Shown here: positions 1 to 11,399 of the stretch, in pieces
How the letters are laid out: the number at the start of each line of letters is the position of its first letter
How positions within the stretch are numbered: the stretch's first letter is position 1
From: Gnetum montanum
Taxonomy: Eukaryota > Plantae > Gnetophyta
Direction of reading: 5' to 3'
Length of the DNA stretch: 64,000 nt
Assembly: GCA_015680685.1 (NCBI GenBank)
Contig: MNCI01000472.1
Span: 174,531-238,530, forward strand
Translations under genes and position numbers: made by a program
Notes under the pieces: generated by a model
Database searches by the model: none
Seen by the model: the letters and a program-made list of their open reading frames with translations, nothing else
Told to the model about the DNA's origin: nothing

Positions 1-72
1 TTCTAAGAGATATATCGTTAAGTTCTATACAGCGACCTTGTATGATTTAACTAATCTAGATAACTAGCACCA

Positions 73-90
73 TCCCCAGCAACGGTGCCA
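73..90 (-). promoter_or_regulatory. Primer binding site (tRNA-Asp), second copy
   Basis: Minus strand reads TGGCACCGTTGCTGGGGA, a decayed TGGCGCCGTTGCCGGGGA, 1 nt from an LTR end at 92. Confidence 0.8.
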
Positions 91-91
91 A

Positions 92-209
92 TGATGAGTG
101 GCGAGGTACCCCTACACTCAACCATACAAAATGGGCATCGCACACGCGATTCGGTCGAACTTCGCAGATGGACTAGTTGTGGTATCTAGATAGTTAGCCT
201 TAGGTCGCA
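92..209 (-). repeat. Truncated LTR fragment (U5 end) of the Athila-like family
   Basis: 1-209 aligns to 2386-2594 with 21 mismatches in 209 bp by hand count. Similarity stops at GGTCGCA. Confidence 0.85.
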
Positions 210-359
210 TGAGTGTTTTATTCGTAGATGAGATTACTTACAAAAACATGAAAATACAAACACACAAAAAGATAAAAAAAAAAAGTTAAAAGATGAAAAA
301 CTGGAAAACAAAAAGTTGTAAAATTAAAGGAAATTAAAATTATTTATTAATCCTACTTG

Positions 360-2342
360 TTATTGAAATGGGGGATATCCCCCATAACTAAACGGTTGAG
401 TATGGCTAGGATTAATAAATGGAAAATAAGGATCCATGCATATTGGAAGTATTGGGACCGGTCTATACTTATCCCCTTGGGGTTCACACACTTGATTATA
501 ATAAGCATAGTGGGGCACTTTATACGATGTAGTTCCCAGATAACGAGTTGACCCACTATGATATTTGTGACCTTTAGATGGTATGCAAGGATTGGGCTGA
601 TGCCTCCCATGGTTGTGTTCATCGGGCCTTGTGGTTGCTGGAGTGTAAGTTGGTGGCCCTGATGAAGGTACATGAGGCGCTGGGTTCGAAGGTAAGGATG
701 CACCACATTGTTGGACTTGTGCTGGGTTGGAAGATGCAGTGGCCTCAGAGTTATGCGGTCCCTTCCTACGGCCGTGTTTAAAGAAAGGACGCCTTTGATG
801 TTGAGGAGGATCTTCACTGCAGTTAGTAGCAGCAACACAAGTGTTGTTCGTGGGTTGCGGTGGTACAAACACCATAGGAATAGTTGGTGGCATTGTGGAA
901 GGAGGGAAGGGATAAGAATGTTGAAAGTTAGGAGGAATATAAGGTGCATAAGGTGGTGGTTGTGTTGGAGGCATGGGTTGATGGTATTGTGGAGGATAAT
1001 ATTGAGATGAGGTAGAGTATGTTGGCCCAGTTGAAGAAACAGGGTGTTGAACGTTATAAGAATTTGGATTCGGAAAATGTGAAGGGTGCCTCCAATCTAA
1101 GGGTGGATTCCCCCATGACTAGGATTGTTTCCACTGTGGTTGAACACAGTATCTCTGTACGAACTCTAGATGTAATGTGTTTCCCCAATGCTCATGTAGA
1201 TGTAACAGTATTGGGCATTGGCCTTTGGGGTGATCGTACAGGCATATGTTGCATTCATATGTAGGATTGGCAACTGAGCACTTAGTCCCTTCATTCCTTC
1301 TTTCCGAATGTCTATGATTTCGTCCTGCTTCTTGGGTTGTGAAAACTCTATCTCCAATGATGTTGATATATTCTCCACACTTTTGATTCATCCATTCCAA
1401 CATCTTATTGATCTTTGCCTCCGCTTCTTCTAACAATTTTTGTATTGGCAAAGATGATGTTTCCACCTTGAGATTTGTTGATCTCTCCTTGTTATGATCA
1501 TGGACCTTTGTTGAGTTGTGATTTTGGTCCCGTTGATGTTTTTCAACACTCTCCCATGTAGCTATTTCTCCTTCTTCTTTTGATACCTGCTTAATAAGCT
1601 CTTGGAATTGATGGGTTCGTAACTTATATAGTTGACCTCGGGCATACGTTCCTAAGGTCCCTCTTGTTTTATTACGGAGCCCGTCAATGATATGGTACAT
1701 TAGCCTTTCCTCGGAAAAACCATGGCCTGGACAGTTGTTTAACAATGCATAGTATCTTTCTAAGGCCATGTCCAAGGGTTCATGTTTTTCTTGTTTCCAT
1801 CCTTGGATTTGTTTCCTCAAGGCTGACACTCTTGCGTAGGATTGATATTTTTCGTTAAAAACCTCTACCATTGTTGACCAATGTCATATCGAATTTGGTT
1901 TCAATGATCTATACCATACTTTAGCTTGGTCAATGAGTGTCATAGGAAAGAGCTTTAGTTTTTGCCAACTGTTATCAATGTTATTCCATGTGCAGGCATC
2001 GTAGAAGGCTAGTAAATGTTGATGCGGATCTAAGTCATAGCCTCTTGAAAATTTCGGAAAATTATTTAAATCGAGCCTGGGTAGTCGGCTCTCTTTACGA
2101 TGCCTACGTGAGATTTGAATAGCCTCTTGTATTTGCGTGAAGCTTGTAGTGGCCAGTGGGGGTTCATCGTCATCGGGTAAGTTATGCTTTCGTGTGTTAC
2201 GATGATGTTGTTTTTGTTCATGCTTATAAGAAACTCCCACTTCAGGTTGTATACTCCAACTTTCATCGTCATATAGCTCATTGGTTCTCCAATGAACTTC
2301 CTCACTAAGTGTGGTGTTATTATCTTCTTGTAGGAGAGGCAT
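360..2342 (-). pseudogene. gag: gag of Athila-like element: capsid-like domain, CX2CX3HX4C zinc knuckle, Pro-rich tail; interrupted
   Basis: DPHQHLLAFYDAC..LKLFPMTLIDQAKVWYRSL..W..MVEVFNEKY is the retrotransposon gag signature. CNICLYDHPKGQC is the knuckle. In-frame TGA at 1884-1886 and a break near 975-1119. Confidence 0.85.
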
Positions 2343-2457
2343 TGTTGTGCGTAAATTTATGTGACTTTTTATAATTATTTCTTCTTTCTAAGAGATATAT
2401 CATTAAGTTCTATACAACAACCTTGTATGATTTAACTAATCTAGATAACTAGCACCA

Positions 2458-2475
2458 TCCCCGACAACGGCGCCA
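2458..2475 (-). promoter_or_regulatory. Primer binding site (tRNA-Asp)
   Basis: TGGCGCCGTTGTCGGGGA, complementary to the 3' end of plant tRNA-Asp(GUC), which is the typical Athila primer. Confidence 0.9.
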
Positions 2476-2476
2476 A

Positions 2477-3311
2477 TGATGAGTGGCGAGGTACCCCTGC
2501 ACTCATCATTACGAAACGAGCATCGCACGTGTGATCCGGTCGAACTCCGCAGATGGACTAGTTGTGGCACCTAGATAGTTAGCCTTAGGTTGCAGTTTGC
2601 TGCCTTCCCATCTAGACTAGTTTTGCATATGTCATGTATGGTTTAGTCTAGATGAGGTGTATGATGTGTTCTAATCTAATGCTACTCCTGAAGGCAGTGG
2701 AAAATAATGTTAACTAATTCTAAGCTAAGAGGAAAAGGNGGTTACCAAGCGTAGATCCCCCTAGCTACACCACTGGGCTACCAAGCAGTCACACTTAAAT
2801 GCTCGTAATCAAGTCGAACTCGTTCCGCTTCTAGGAGTGAAAGGGTGAGAGACTAATCGCGATGAGTAACCGATTCCTTAACTAGCCGTACACACCCGTA
2901 GATGCTCGTAGCTAAGTCGTACTCACACTGCGCTATGAAAGCAATAAATAACATGAAATAAATAACAATAAATAAACTAAGTGAATGCTGCAATGATGAA
3001 GTAATCTCGATCTTTATTGCCAGTCATGTGTGTGTCCAAGTACGGCACACTCGAATAAAGACACCGTACAACCACATTCATCACACTGGAGGGATCAAAC
3101 TGCCAGAGCTTCGCTACACTAAAACTGGGATCCCCAAACAAGGGAGAGCCACCTCTTATTTATAGAAATTGCGGCTGACTGCGATATCGCATACGCGATA
3201 TCGCATGGAAAGACGCGATATCTCGTACGTGATATCGCGGGGGATGCGATATCGCGTCGGCTGCGATATAGCGTACGCGATATCGCGGCCAACGCAGACC
3301 GTGTCTCATCA
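2477..3311 (-). repeat. 5' LTR (835 bp), Athila-like family
   Basis: 7-bp terminal inverted repeats TGATGAG/CTCATCA, minus-strand TATA (CTATAAAT) at 3158-3165, and homology to LTRs at 28289, 51011 and 59201. Confidence 0.92.
3181..3286. repeat. Array of 7 GCGATATCGC palindromes in LTR U3
   Basis: Copies start at 3181, 3195, 3215, 3229, 3246, 3263 and 3277, just upstream of the minus-strand TATA. Confidence 0.9.
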
Positions 3312-5680
3312 CCTAAGTTAAAGTTTTGAAGGGTGGAAGAGCTAGTGTTGGGACACCTCTTCCAAACCTCTTTTCTTCTCTAGAAGTAGAAGAATGAAGA
3401 TTGAGAAAAACTTGGAAGATTTTTTATATCTTCATAAACATCTTATCTAAGGGCTGAGATTTCATAGGAGATGTATTAGTGATGTGGCATATGTCCTGCT
3501 TGAGAGTTGAGATGTTAGAGGAGACATCTCTCTAGTAGTGTAGATGTCTTACTAAAGAGCTAGGTTGATAGATGAGACATCTTCCTAGTAGTGTAGATAT
3601 CTTTCTAGAGACATCTTGTGGAAAGAAGATGTTGTGGTAGGGATTATCATTATCTAAGATCTAACACAACCTAACTTGAAACTGAGCCAAGTAATCTCAT
3701 GGCTACTAAATGCTCCAGGAAATCTAATTTTTCAACTAAATACCTCAAGTCAAAAGGGGAATTACATTGAAATAGATTTGACAAGTTGATGCAAACATTT
3801 TCACCAAATATTAGTGGATAGAAAGTAAAACAAAAAAATTTTCGTGCGTGAAATAGATTATATAAAAAATGAGAAAAAGGGTGTAATGGTTAATTAAAAT
3901 GAAATAAACTATAGGATATGGTTGGTAATAGAAATATTTGGAAACTTGTATGCCAAAATAAGGAAAATATATTTTTTTAATGTGGAAAATCCAAGAGGGA
4001 AAACACATAAAGTGGATATGAAACAAATATGGGTAATACTAGCAATAGAAACAATTGAAACAAGTAGATCCAGATTACCAAGGAAATGAAAGAATGGGAA
4101 CCTATTGAGAATGTTCTAGAAGATATACTAGAGATTATAGGCCTCTAAAAAGGAGTTGTATTATCTCATTCTTTCTATGATGCATGCACTTGATGTAGAT
4201 TTAATAGTTGACTCAACAAAGGAATAGATTAAATCAATGTGTTTATATGAAGGAGGACAACATGAAGGAGAGACAAATGCAACAATAGGAAAAATAGAAG
4301 AGAAATTAGAGGATCTAATTTCTCTAGAGGAAGAGTAGTTATTCTTTAGAGAGGCAAAGTCTTTGGAAAAGGGTTTCAAATCACCAATTATAAAGAACAT
4401 CAACTACTTTGAGTAGTAAAGATAGCCAAAAAAATGCTAAGCATATCTTCAAAAAGCTAGATGAAGGAAATATCAACCAACCAAAAAGCCAATCCCTTTC
4501 TATTTAGGAGTATCCTCCTATTTATAGGCTAAAAATGTTTTATAGATAATGAAAAAAATGATAAATTGGGGTCCACAAATTCTTCTAGAAGATTATGGAT
4601 AGGATAATCAATGTATTGATTAGTTGATGTAAAAATTAACATTAGACATCAAATGTAGAATTGACACTAGACATCGAAGAGTTGATATGCTACAACAACA
4701 AAATTTGATGTTAGACATCAAAATTGAGATTAACGCTGAAGATAAAAAATTGAGAACAGAATCAACATTGGAGCTGACACTAGATGTCGAAATTGAAAGC
4801 TATTAAGGAAAAGCCAAATAACCCTATTGATAATACAAGGTGTTACTTCTAGCAAGCTAAGGATAGAGATATAGAAACTACATTGTAGATGACACTAGAC
4901 ATTGACTCTAAATTGCTAAAGATAGCTTTAAGCTAAAAAGCTAGAGAATGTACCCATGGGTTTGACTTAGTTAGAAAAAGCCAAAGTGGGTATAATAGAG
5001 GAGATGCCTTGTCTCCAAAGAAGATGTCTTGCATTACATGTAGACATATTTCTTGAATGATGGATTTGATAGAAAAACATCTTGTAAAGCTTGTAGACAT
5101 CTTGTTTAAGAAGGAAAAAAATTTAAAGTGGCATTGCAATTTTTAAATAGATGAGAATATTAAATCCAAGATTAGAAATAGCTAGGAATCTTCAAGTTGG
5201 TCATGAAGAAGGTTTTTCTAAGATCTTAGTCTTATAATTAATAAACGTTGATTATGTTTTCATGTTTTATGACATGAGCACATGAGAGCTGGGAGAGAGA
5301 TTGCATAAGAGTGGTGTGCATCTTGGTGGTGAACTATGTGTGGTGGTATTAACTATATCTATTTGTGTTTGGATCTTGGTCGTATATGAGGAAGAAATCT
5401 AGATCAATTGTGCCATGCATTGAGGCCAATCATATATGTCGTTGTAAAGTCTTATGCTCCGTAATATTGCTGAGTGTGTGAGTGTTGTGGTTCTTTACAT
5501 TGGATTCCATTGTATTTGTAATACTATTTCAATTTAATAAAAGATAGCTAATTGTCTTGTTTTCTATACATTAAATTATCTTACATAATATCTAAGTATA
5601 GTGTATTTTGAAGGGTTAAAGAAAATTGAAGTAACTTTGCTCCAAGAATCTAGCTATGCTATGATTGAATGGTATCATAA
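3312..5680 (+). mobile_element. Degenerate LTR-like remnant split by the 3630-4997 solo LTR
   Basis: AGACATCTT/AGATGTCT repeats occur on both sides of the insertion. TGGTATCATAA (tRNA-iMet PBS-like) at about 5670. Confidence 0.35.
3630..4997 (-). mobile_element. Solo LTR of the Tat family represented at 8668-10022 and 33926-34630
   Basis: Reverse-complement homology along its length, e.g. 4491-4520 vs 34400-34440 and 3630-3700 vs 9950-10022. Near-perfect TSD GAAGA/GAGGA. Confidence 0.75.
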
Positions 5681-6389
5681 ATTTGGTAGGTGAATTGCAT
5701 TTATAGGTATTTATGGTGACAACTACAATACATCTCTAATATGCATCTTAGCCTTTGATAACACATCTACAACATCATAAATATGATATTGCAGCTGATA
5801 AACACAACAAAATAACTATTCATCAAAGGAATATATTCTTATCCTCCATGAGGAAGATCAAGATTATCAAGTCTATCCTTTCTAACATTTTCATATACAC
5901 AGTCACCACTATTTTCCCTAGTGAGTTTCTTTTGTTAAGCTAACTAGAAATCAGTAATTTCCTTTGGAAAAGTATGAAGAATCGAAAATGCATTCATTTG
6001 ATCTCTTGGAAAAAAGTAGTCATACCAACTAAGCCCCTTGAATATGACCAAGTCTTCATCCTAGTACTTAAAAGTTTTTGGAAGTTTAATCTATAATTAA
6101 AAAATCATGAGTTCAATGTATTAGATTTATATATGAAATTAGGTTGAATAATTGTAGTAAATTATTAGAGGTTTGAAAGACTATATGTGGATAGTGGTTT
6201 TTTCTTCAATATCCTAATAAATGAAAATTCAATGAGTGTAATATCCTACTAGAATACCTTCTAGCAAAGTTGTTAGAAATTTCTTTTATTATACTTGAAA
6301 ACTATAATATACACATGAATCATGTGGTTAAGAACATAATTATAAAACTTGCTTAACTTATTCTTTTTGTAACAAATCTTATAATTGAA

Positions 6390-6580
6390 TATATTTAAGA
6401 AAATCATATATTATAAATTATAATGATGATCATTTAACTTATGATGAAGACTATACTCATCCCTAGCCAACTTAGGTACAAACTTTATGTATGAATTTAC
6501 CACTTGTCTTCGTAACTTCTTATTTACTCCAATGAAGCCTCCTATGTGATCCTGTTTTTTTATTTAAAAAACTAGAGTAT
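6390..6580. repeat. Dispersed repeat, homologous to about 50140-50320 (unidentified degenerate element)
   Basis: Shared blocks TTA(T/C)GATGAAGAC, TACAAACT(T/C)TATGTATGA and TTTACTC(C/T)AATGAAGCCTCC. Confidence 0.6.
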
Positions 6581-7914
6581 GCTTATGATTGTCTTAATGG
6601 TGGACCTTATCTTTCTATTTAGGAAAATAAATCCAAGCTTACTCTAAGTTTACTTTGCTTCTTTACTTCTTTGATAAAGGATTCTTCGATAACATCTTCA
6701 ACTATGGGGTTTGAACACTACTTTAATACATGCTATACTCACTTTTCTAGTATCTTCACAACTAGGGCAAGTGTAATTTCAACATTGTTACATCTTCTTG
6801 AATTATCAAAACGTCAGAAGATCATCATCATAAATCATATTTTAGGCTTCTAGAGATCCTTAAAAAGTGCTATCAATCATGATTTAACATATGAGCATTA
6901 ATTTTGATGCTTTTGATAATTTTGAGAATACAAAAATTCTAACCATCATCTAGGTGACATTTTGTGATGTTGATATTAGTGTCAATGTCACCTCCCCTAG
7001 TCACCATTGCATCACCACATTAAGACTCATCTTCTAGCTCTAGTTTCTCCTTTATTGAACCTCCAATGACCAATCTACATTAGTCTTAATGTGAAAAAAC
7101 ATATCAAAGAGCACATTTTTAAAGTATGGCTATGTGATGGTAAAGCTAGAGTCAATGTCACTTGCCTTAGTCAATTCTATAGCATGCATCACCTATTTGA
7201 CTTTTGATTATCATTTTAGCACATACAAACATATACATGCCAATGTTAGCATCTTTCATCACCTAACTACATCACTTGCAGCACATGTAGACATGTACAT
7301 GTGAGTGTTACATCATTGTGTTACCTACCTTACATGAACTTCTAGTTTCTAAAAACAAACTCTAGTCAACTACACCTAACATAGGAAAAATTTTGAAAAC
7401 CCTAATCCTATAAATATAAAGTAAAAATGTAATTTGAAGGCTAATTTTCTAATATTCAGAGCACTTATGTTTAGTTTCAAGAGATCAAAGTGCAAGTACC
7501 TACATCCACTGCATCACCTATGTGCTCCACCATCACCTCAACATCCCCTATAGTCTATGATTTTAGTCATGATACCTAAGTCATTGTGATCTCACATTGA
7601 TACTAGTTTCAATGTCATAAAGAAGAATGTTTTCATGACCTACTATAATGTTAGCATCATCTACTATACAGGACAATTCATTGAACTAACTCTATTTTGA
7701 AGAAACTCTCCATCCATATATACACCCACAAAATTTCAAAATTCAACATTAAAACCCTTAATTTGTTTATAAATTAAATTAAGTTTCTTATCAGTTTTAC
7801 TCTACAATATATATTCTTCAATCATTATAGTGCTTGGCCCTCCCTAGTAAGTAAACTCTATTCATTTACTTAATTAAGCATTGTTCATTCATTATGGAGG
7901 GAGCTCAAACCATT

Positions 7915-8667
7915 TCTAATAAGGGTTTCATATGTCCAACCATATGAATCATAAGCATGTACATGAAATTTAGTTAAATTCCATGGGCCTTGAAGCTAAT
8001 AGTATCCTATATAACTAAGTGTTATGTATTGGTCATTATTTTATTAATCATCACTTCTGTTAGCTTGGTTGGTATGGTTAAGTATGATTTAGGCATAAGG
8101 TATCTTTATTTTTTTATTATTAAAATTTTAAAATAATAAAGAGAAAAAATATTAATTTCTAATTTAACTATAAAAATAGGAGTAACTACTCTATCCTAAG
8201 CGTAGAACATCCATTTCTACTTTTCGCACCCATCTTGAATCTATCCTAATACTACTGGGTTACCAAGGTTCTATTGGTGGATGTACCAAGTATCCATTAC
8301 TAGGATTATCAAGTGTTAATATATTATTCTCAAAGTGGTTGTACTTACATTATCATGGAATAAATTTTCTAAGTGCAGGAAAGTAAAATGCATTTATAGT
8401 AAAGTACGTGGAAATGAACTAAGTGCTAATCCAAGTGCTAAAATGGAAGGAATCAATGTCGATTTTATTTCCATTCATGCATTGTATCAAAGTACAATGT
8501 CACTCAAATCAAACTCCATTTGATCAACTCATTCTAAACTACTAGCACTTATAGGAAAATTTAGCTAAGTCCTTCAAAAGTAAGCTATAAGAGCTTTGCT
8601 ACACAAATGACTAAAGGTGTCATAAATGTGAATGATGCATGTGTTTATATAAGCTTCATGTGTACTA
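7915..8667 (-). repeat. Partial Athila-like LTR (40649 subfamily), cut by insertion of the Tat element at 8668
   Basis: Reverse-complement match to about 40770-41519, e.g. CCAACCATATGAATCATAAGC vs GCTTGTGATTCATATGGTTAGG. Confidence 0.65.
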
Positions 8668-9288
8668 TGTATTGTACCAAATTTGGCTTCTTTTGCATAA
8701 GTCAAAGTCTTGGGGTACATTTTATGGTTTTTCAACATTAAGACCATCTTTAGCAATCTTGATTTGACGTCCTATGTTATTTGTAGCATAGTTTCTTCAT
8801 TTCTATATTCAACTTGCTAGAAATGATGTTTCATGTCATCAGCAATGTCATTTTAGCTTTTTTTGCCAATTTTGACATCCAACATTAACTCTAGCATCAA
8901 TTCTGTTACCAGCTTCTAACATCCTACACCAATCTTACTTTTCACACCCAGTGTCAATCTTTGGTTTTTTAATACACTAGATCTTCTAATGTTCAACATT
9001 AATTCTACATTTAACATTTAACGTCAATTTTTATAGCTATTATCTACACATCAATTCTTGTATTTAGAACCTTATGGAAGATTCTATGGAACCTTTTGGA
9101 GAATACTTGTAAACACAAAGGGGTTGGTTGGCATTTTTTATCATCAAGTTGGAATTTGTGACTTTTAGTTAGCACTCTCTAGATTCTGCAGCTCTCTTTT
9201 TCTCTGTTACTTTGGAAAATTGACATTCTTGTGATTGGCAATTTGGGAAACCTCTTCTAAAAACTCTACCTCTCTAGAGAATAATTGT

Positions 9289-9326
<38 letters not shown>

Positions 9327-10022
9327 GCTAGCATATAATATTCCCTTTGTGTTATCCTTATGATACATAGAGAATTGTTCAAAATCAGGTTAATGCACTA
9401 ATCTGATCCATCTCTTTGCATTGTTATGTACTAAATCTTCTATTATTCATGCCATATCTACATCACGTTCACATAATAAAGAAAGAATGGGATAACACAA
9501 CTCCTCATCAAATGTTTATGGTCCCTAATACATATTCCAGAATAATATTTTGTAGGTTCTTGATTTTTTCTTTTGTTGTAATCTAAATTTTTCCTTTTAG
9601 GCTTTCTATCTCTAGTATCATCCATATTTGCTTTGAATCTAGTTTTTGTTTTCCCATGTTTTTCATTGGCTTAACATTTTTTAATGGATTAGATCTGTTT
9701 CCCCTTGCATCCTATTGCCAATGGTTTTCATCTACCATCCATATGCTACAATTTTCTTATATATATATATATATATGCACATGATCATTGCTCATTCCAC
9801 ACATACACTTTCTCTTTTGCTCTCAATTTACTAATTTTTGGCAAAAACGTTTGACTTGGATTATTGGATTTTATCCCATAATCACCAAGTATCTATTTAT
9901 TTTAATGAAAATTATTCAAAATTTTAGTGTTTCTACACTATTTGGTTTCCACAAGATTATTTGGCTCAATTTTGTATTAGATTGTGTTGAATCTTGTTAT
10001 TATGATGATTCCTATAGCAACA
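8668..10022 (+). repeat. 5' LTR of old Tat element; contains (TC)n at about 9290-9321 and (TA)n at about 9758-9776
   Basis: TGT..AACA termini, direct homology to 33926-34630, followed by a PBS. Confidence 0.75.
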
Positions 10023-10028
10023 TGTTTC

Positions 10029-10044
10029 TAGCACTAGAAGGAGG
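10029..10044 (+). promoter_or_regulatory. Primer binding site (tRNA-Asn), decayed
   Basis: TAGCACTAGAAGGAGG equals TGGCGCTAGAAGGAGG with two G>A changes, 6 nt after the LTR end. Confidence 0.75.
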
Positions 10045-11399
10045 ACCTCTATGAAACTAAGTGTTGTTTTTAGAATATGCTCTCTATTTTTGTTTTTATG
10101 TCTTACTTAGATCTTCTAGGTACTATTGATATATCATGTCGATACACTGACATCATGCCATTTTGTTGCAACTTTAACATTAGTTCTAATATTTTCTTAC
10201 TATTAACTGTCACTGATGTGCCATGTCAAAATATTAACATCATGTCATTTTCTTGTTATTTCAATGTTCCCATTGAAACTGAAGCTTCTCATCTTTTGTT
10301 TCAAGTGTGAACCTATTTTCAGGGATGAATCAACACAATAGTGATAACCCTGTGAATTCACAACATTTTTATAGTTACTATTATGGCATTACCATCTACT
10401 TTAAGTTTCTCTAAGATCTAGAAGCTAATGGATTTGAAGAGAAGTGAAGGGTTTTCAAGCAGAATAAACTTGAAGAACTCCAAAATATCCTATGTCAAAT
10501 GAGACCTAGGGTACATCTTAACACCTGATATGTTCAAGTTCATGGCAGAATATAAGCGTGCTTATGAGCTATCATCTTTTCTTCCTAATCTAGATTGTCC
10601 AATTGAACTAGATGATGAGGAAGCCAAGGGCTTAACAAAATTCATATTGGAGAAAGATATGGTGTAGGAAAATATTCATCTATAGATTAAAGAAGATAGG
10701 ATGAAGAACATCCTAGATTAACATTTTGGTCCACACATCACTCTTAGACCGAGACCATGGAGTGTTGACTTTGAATCTAATATATGCTTGATGGATGAAG
10801 ATGAAAAGTAATCAATAGGGATGCTTGACAAAAGAATCCTCTCTTTCACCACATCCATAACATCAACATCTGAGTTGCTCAGTGTAATGCACCAAGATCT
10901 TTTTCATCCACAATCAAATCCTTCAATCTTTCCACACTTTTTGTTTCATCATACCAGCTATTTTACCTAGAAATGTTAGTAACCCACATTTCATTCTCTA
11001 ATACTTTATTTTATCTTTTGGAACAATGCACTCTATTCCTCAATCATAACTTACCCTATCTTCATTTTAGCCTTTTCTACTTTTTGCTCTAACTTTGTGC
11101 CCATTCAACATTCCTTAACCTACTAGTATGTTTTCTTTTTTCACATAGACATTTAGCCTAATCTTCTTGGATTCACATGCCCCTACATCCTTTAGATCCA
11201 TGCATCATATGCATCCTCCCTTAACACTCTCAATTGCTTCTACACTTCTGCCTATTGTCAACTCTTCTAGAACAAGTCCATAGTTGCTCACATTACTCAA
11301 CAACATGATGCTTCATCTTCAAAATAACAAAAATAAAATGAAAAAGGTACTAATCATGCAAGGAAATTATTTTATTTCCTTTTATAATGTCTTAAGTGA

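Larger units (their letters stand above)
1..3311 (-). mobile_element. Athila-like Ty3/gypsy element, 5' part (5' LTR, PBS, gag) followed by a second partial LTR/PBS copy; continues beyond the window start
   Basis: LTR 2477-3311 with TGATGAG..CTCATCA termini, tRNA-Asp PBS at 2458-2475, gag ORFs 360-2342, and a repeat of leader+PBS+LTR end at 1-209. Confidence 0.85.

Noticed and set aside
353-1264. Overlapping alternative-frame and antisense ORFs over the gag tail (also 19031-19693 and 56695-57292)
   Set aside because: Shadow ORFs of TE coding sequence with no independent motifs.
1872-1890. In-frame TGA in gag as programmed readthrough
   Set aside because: The homologue at about 58315 has its TGA one codon away. 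Both are explained by CGA>TGA decay.
3181-3290. Repeat array as CRISPR-like
   Set aside because: Repeats are 10 bp with 4-10 bp spacers inside a eukaryotic LTR, and there are no cas genes.
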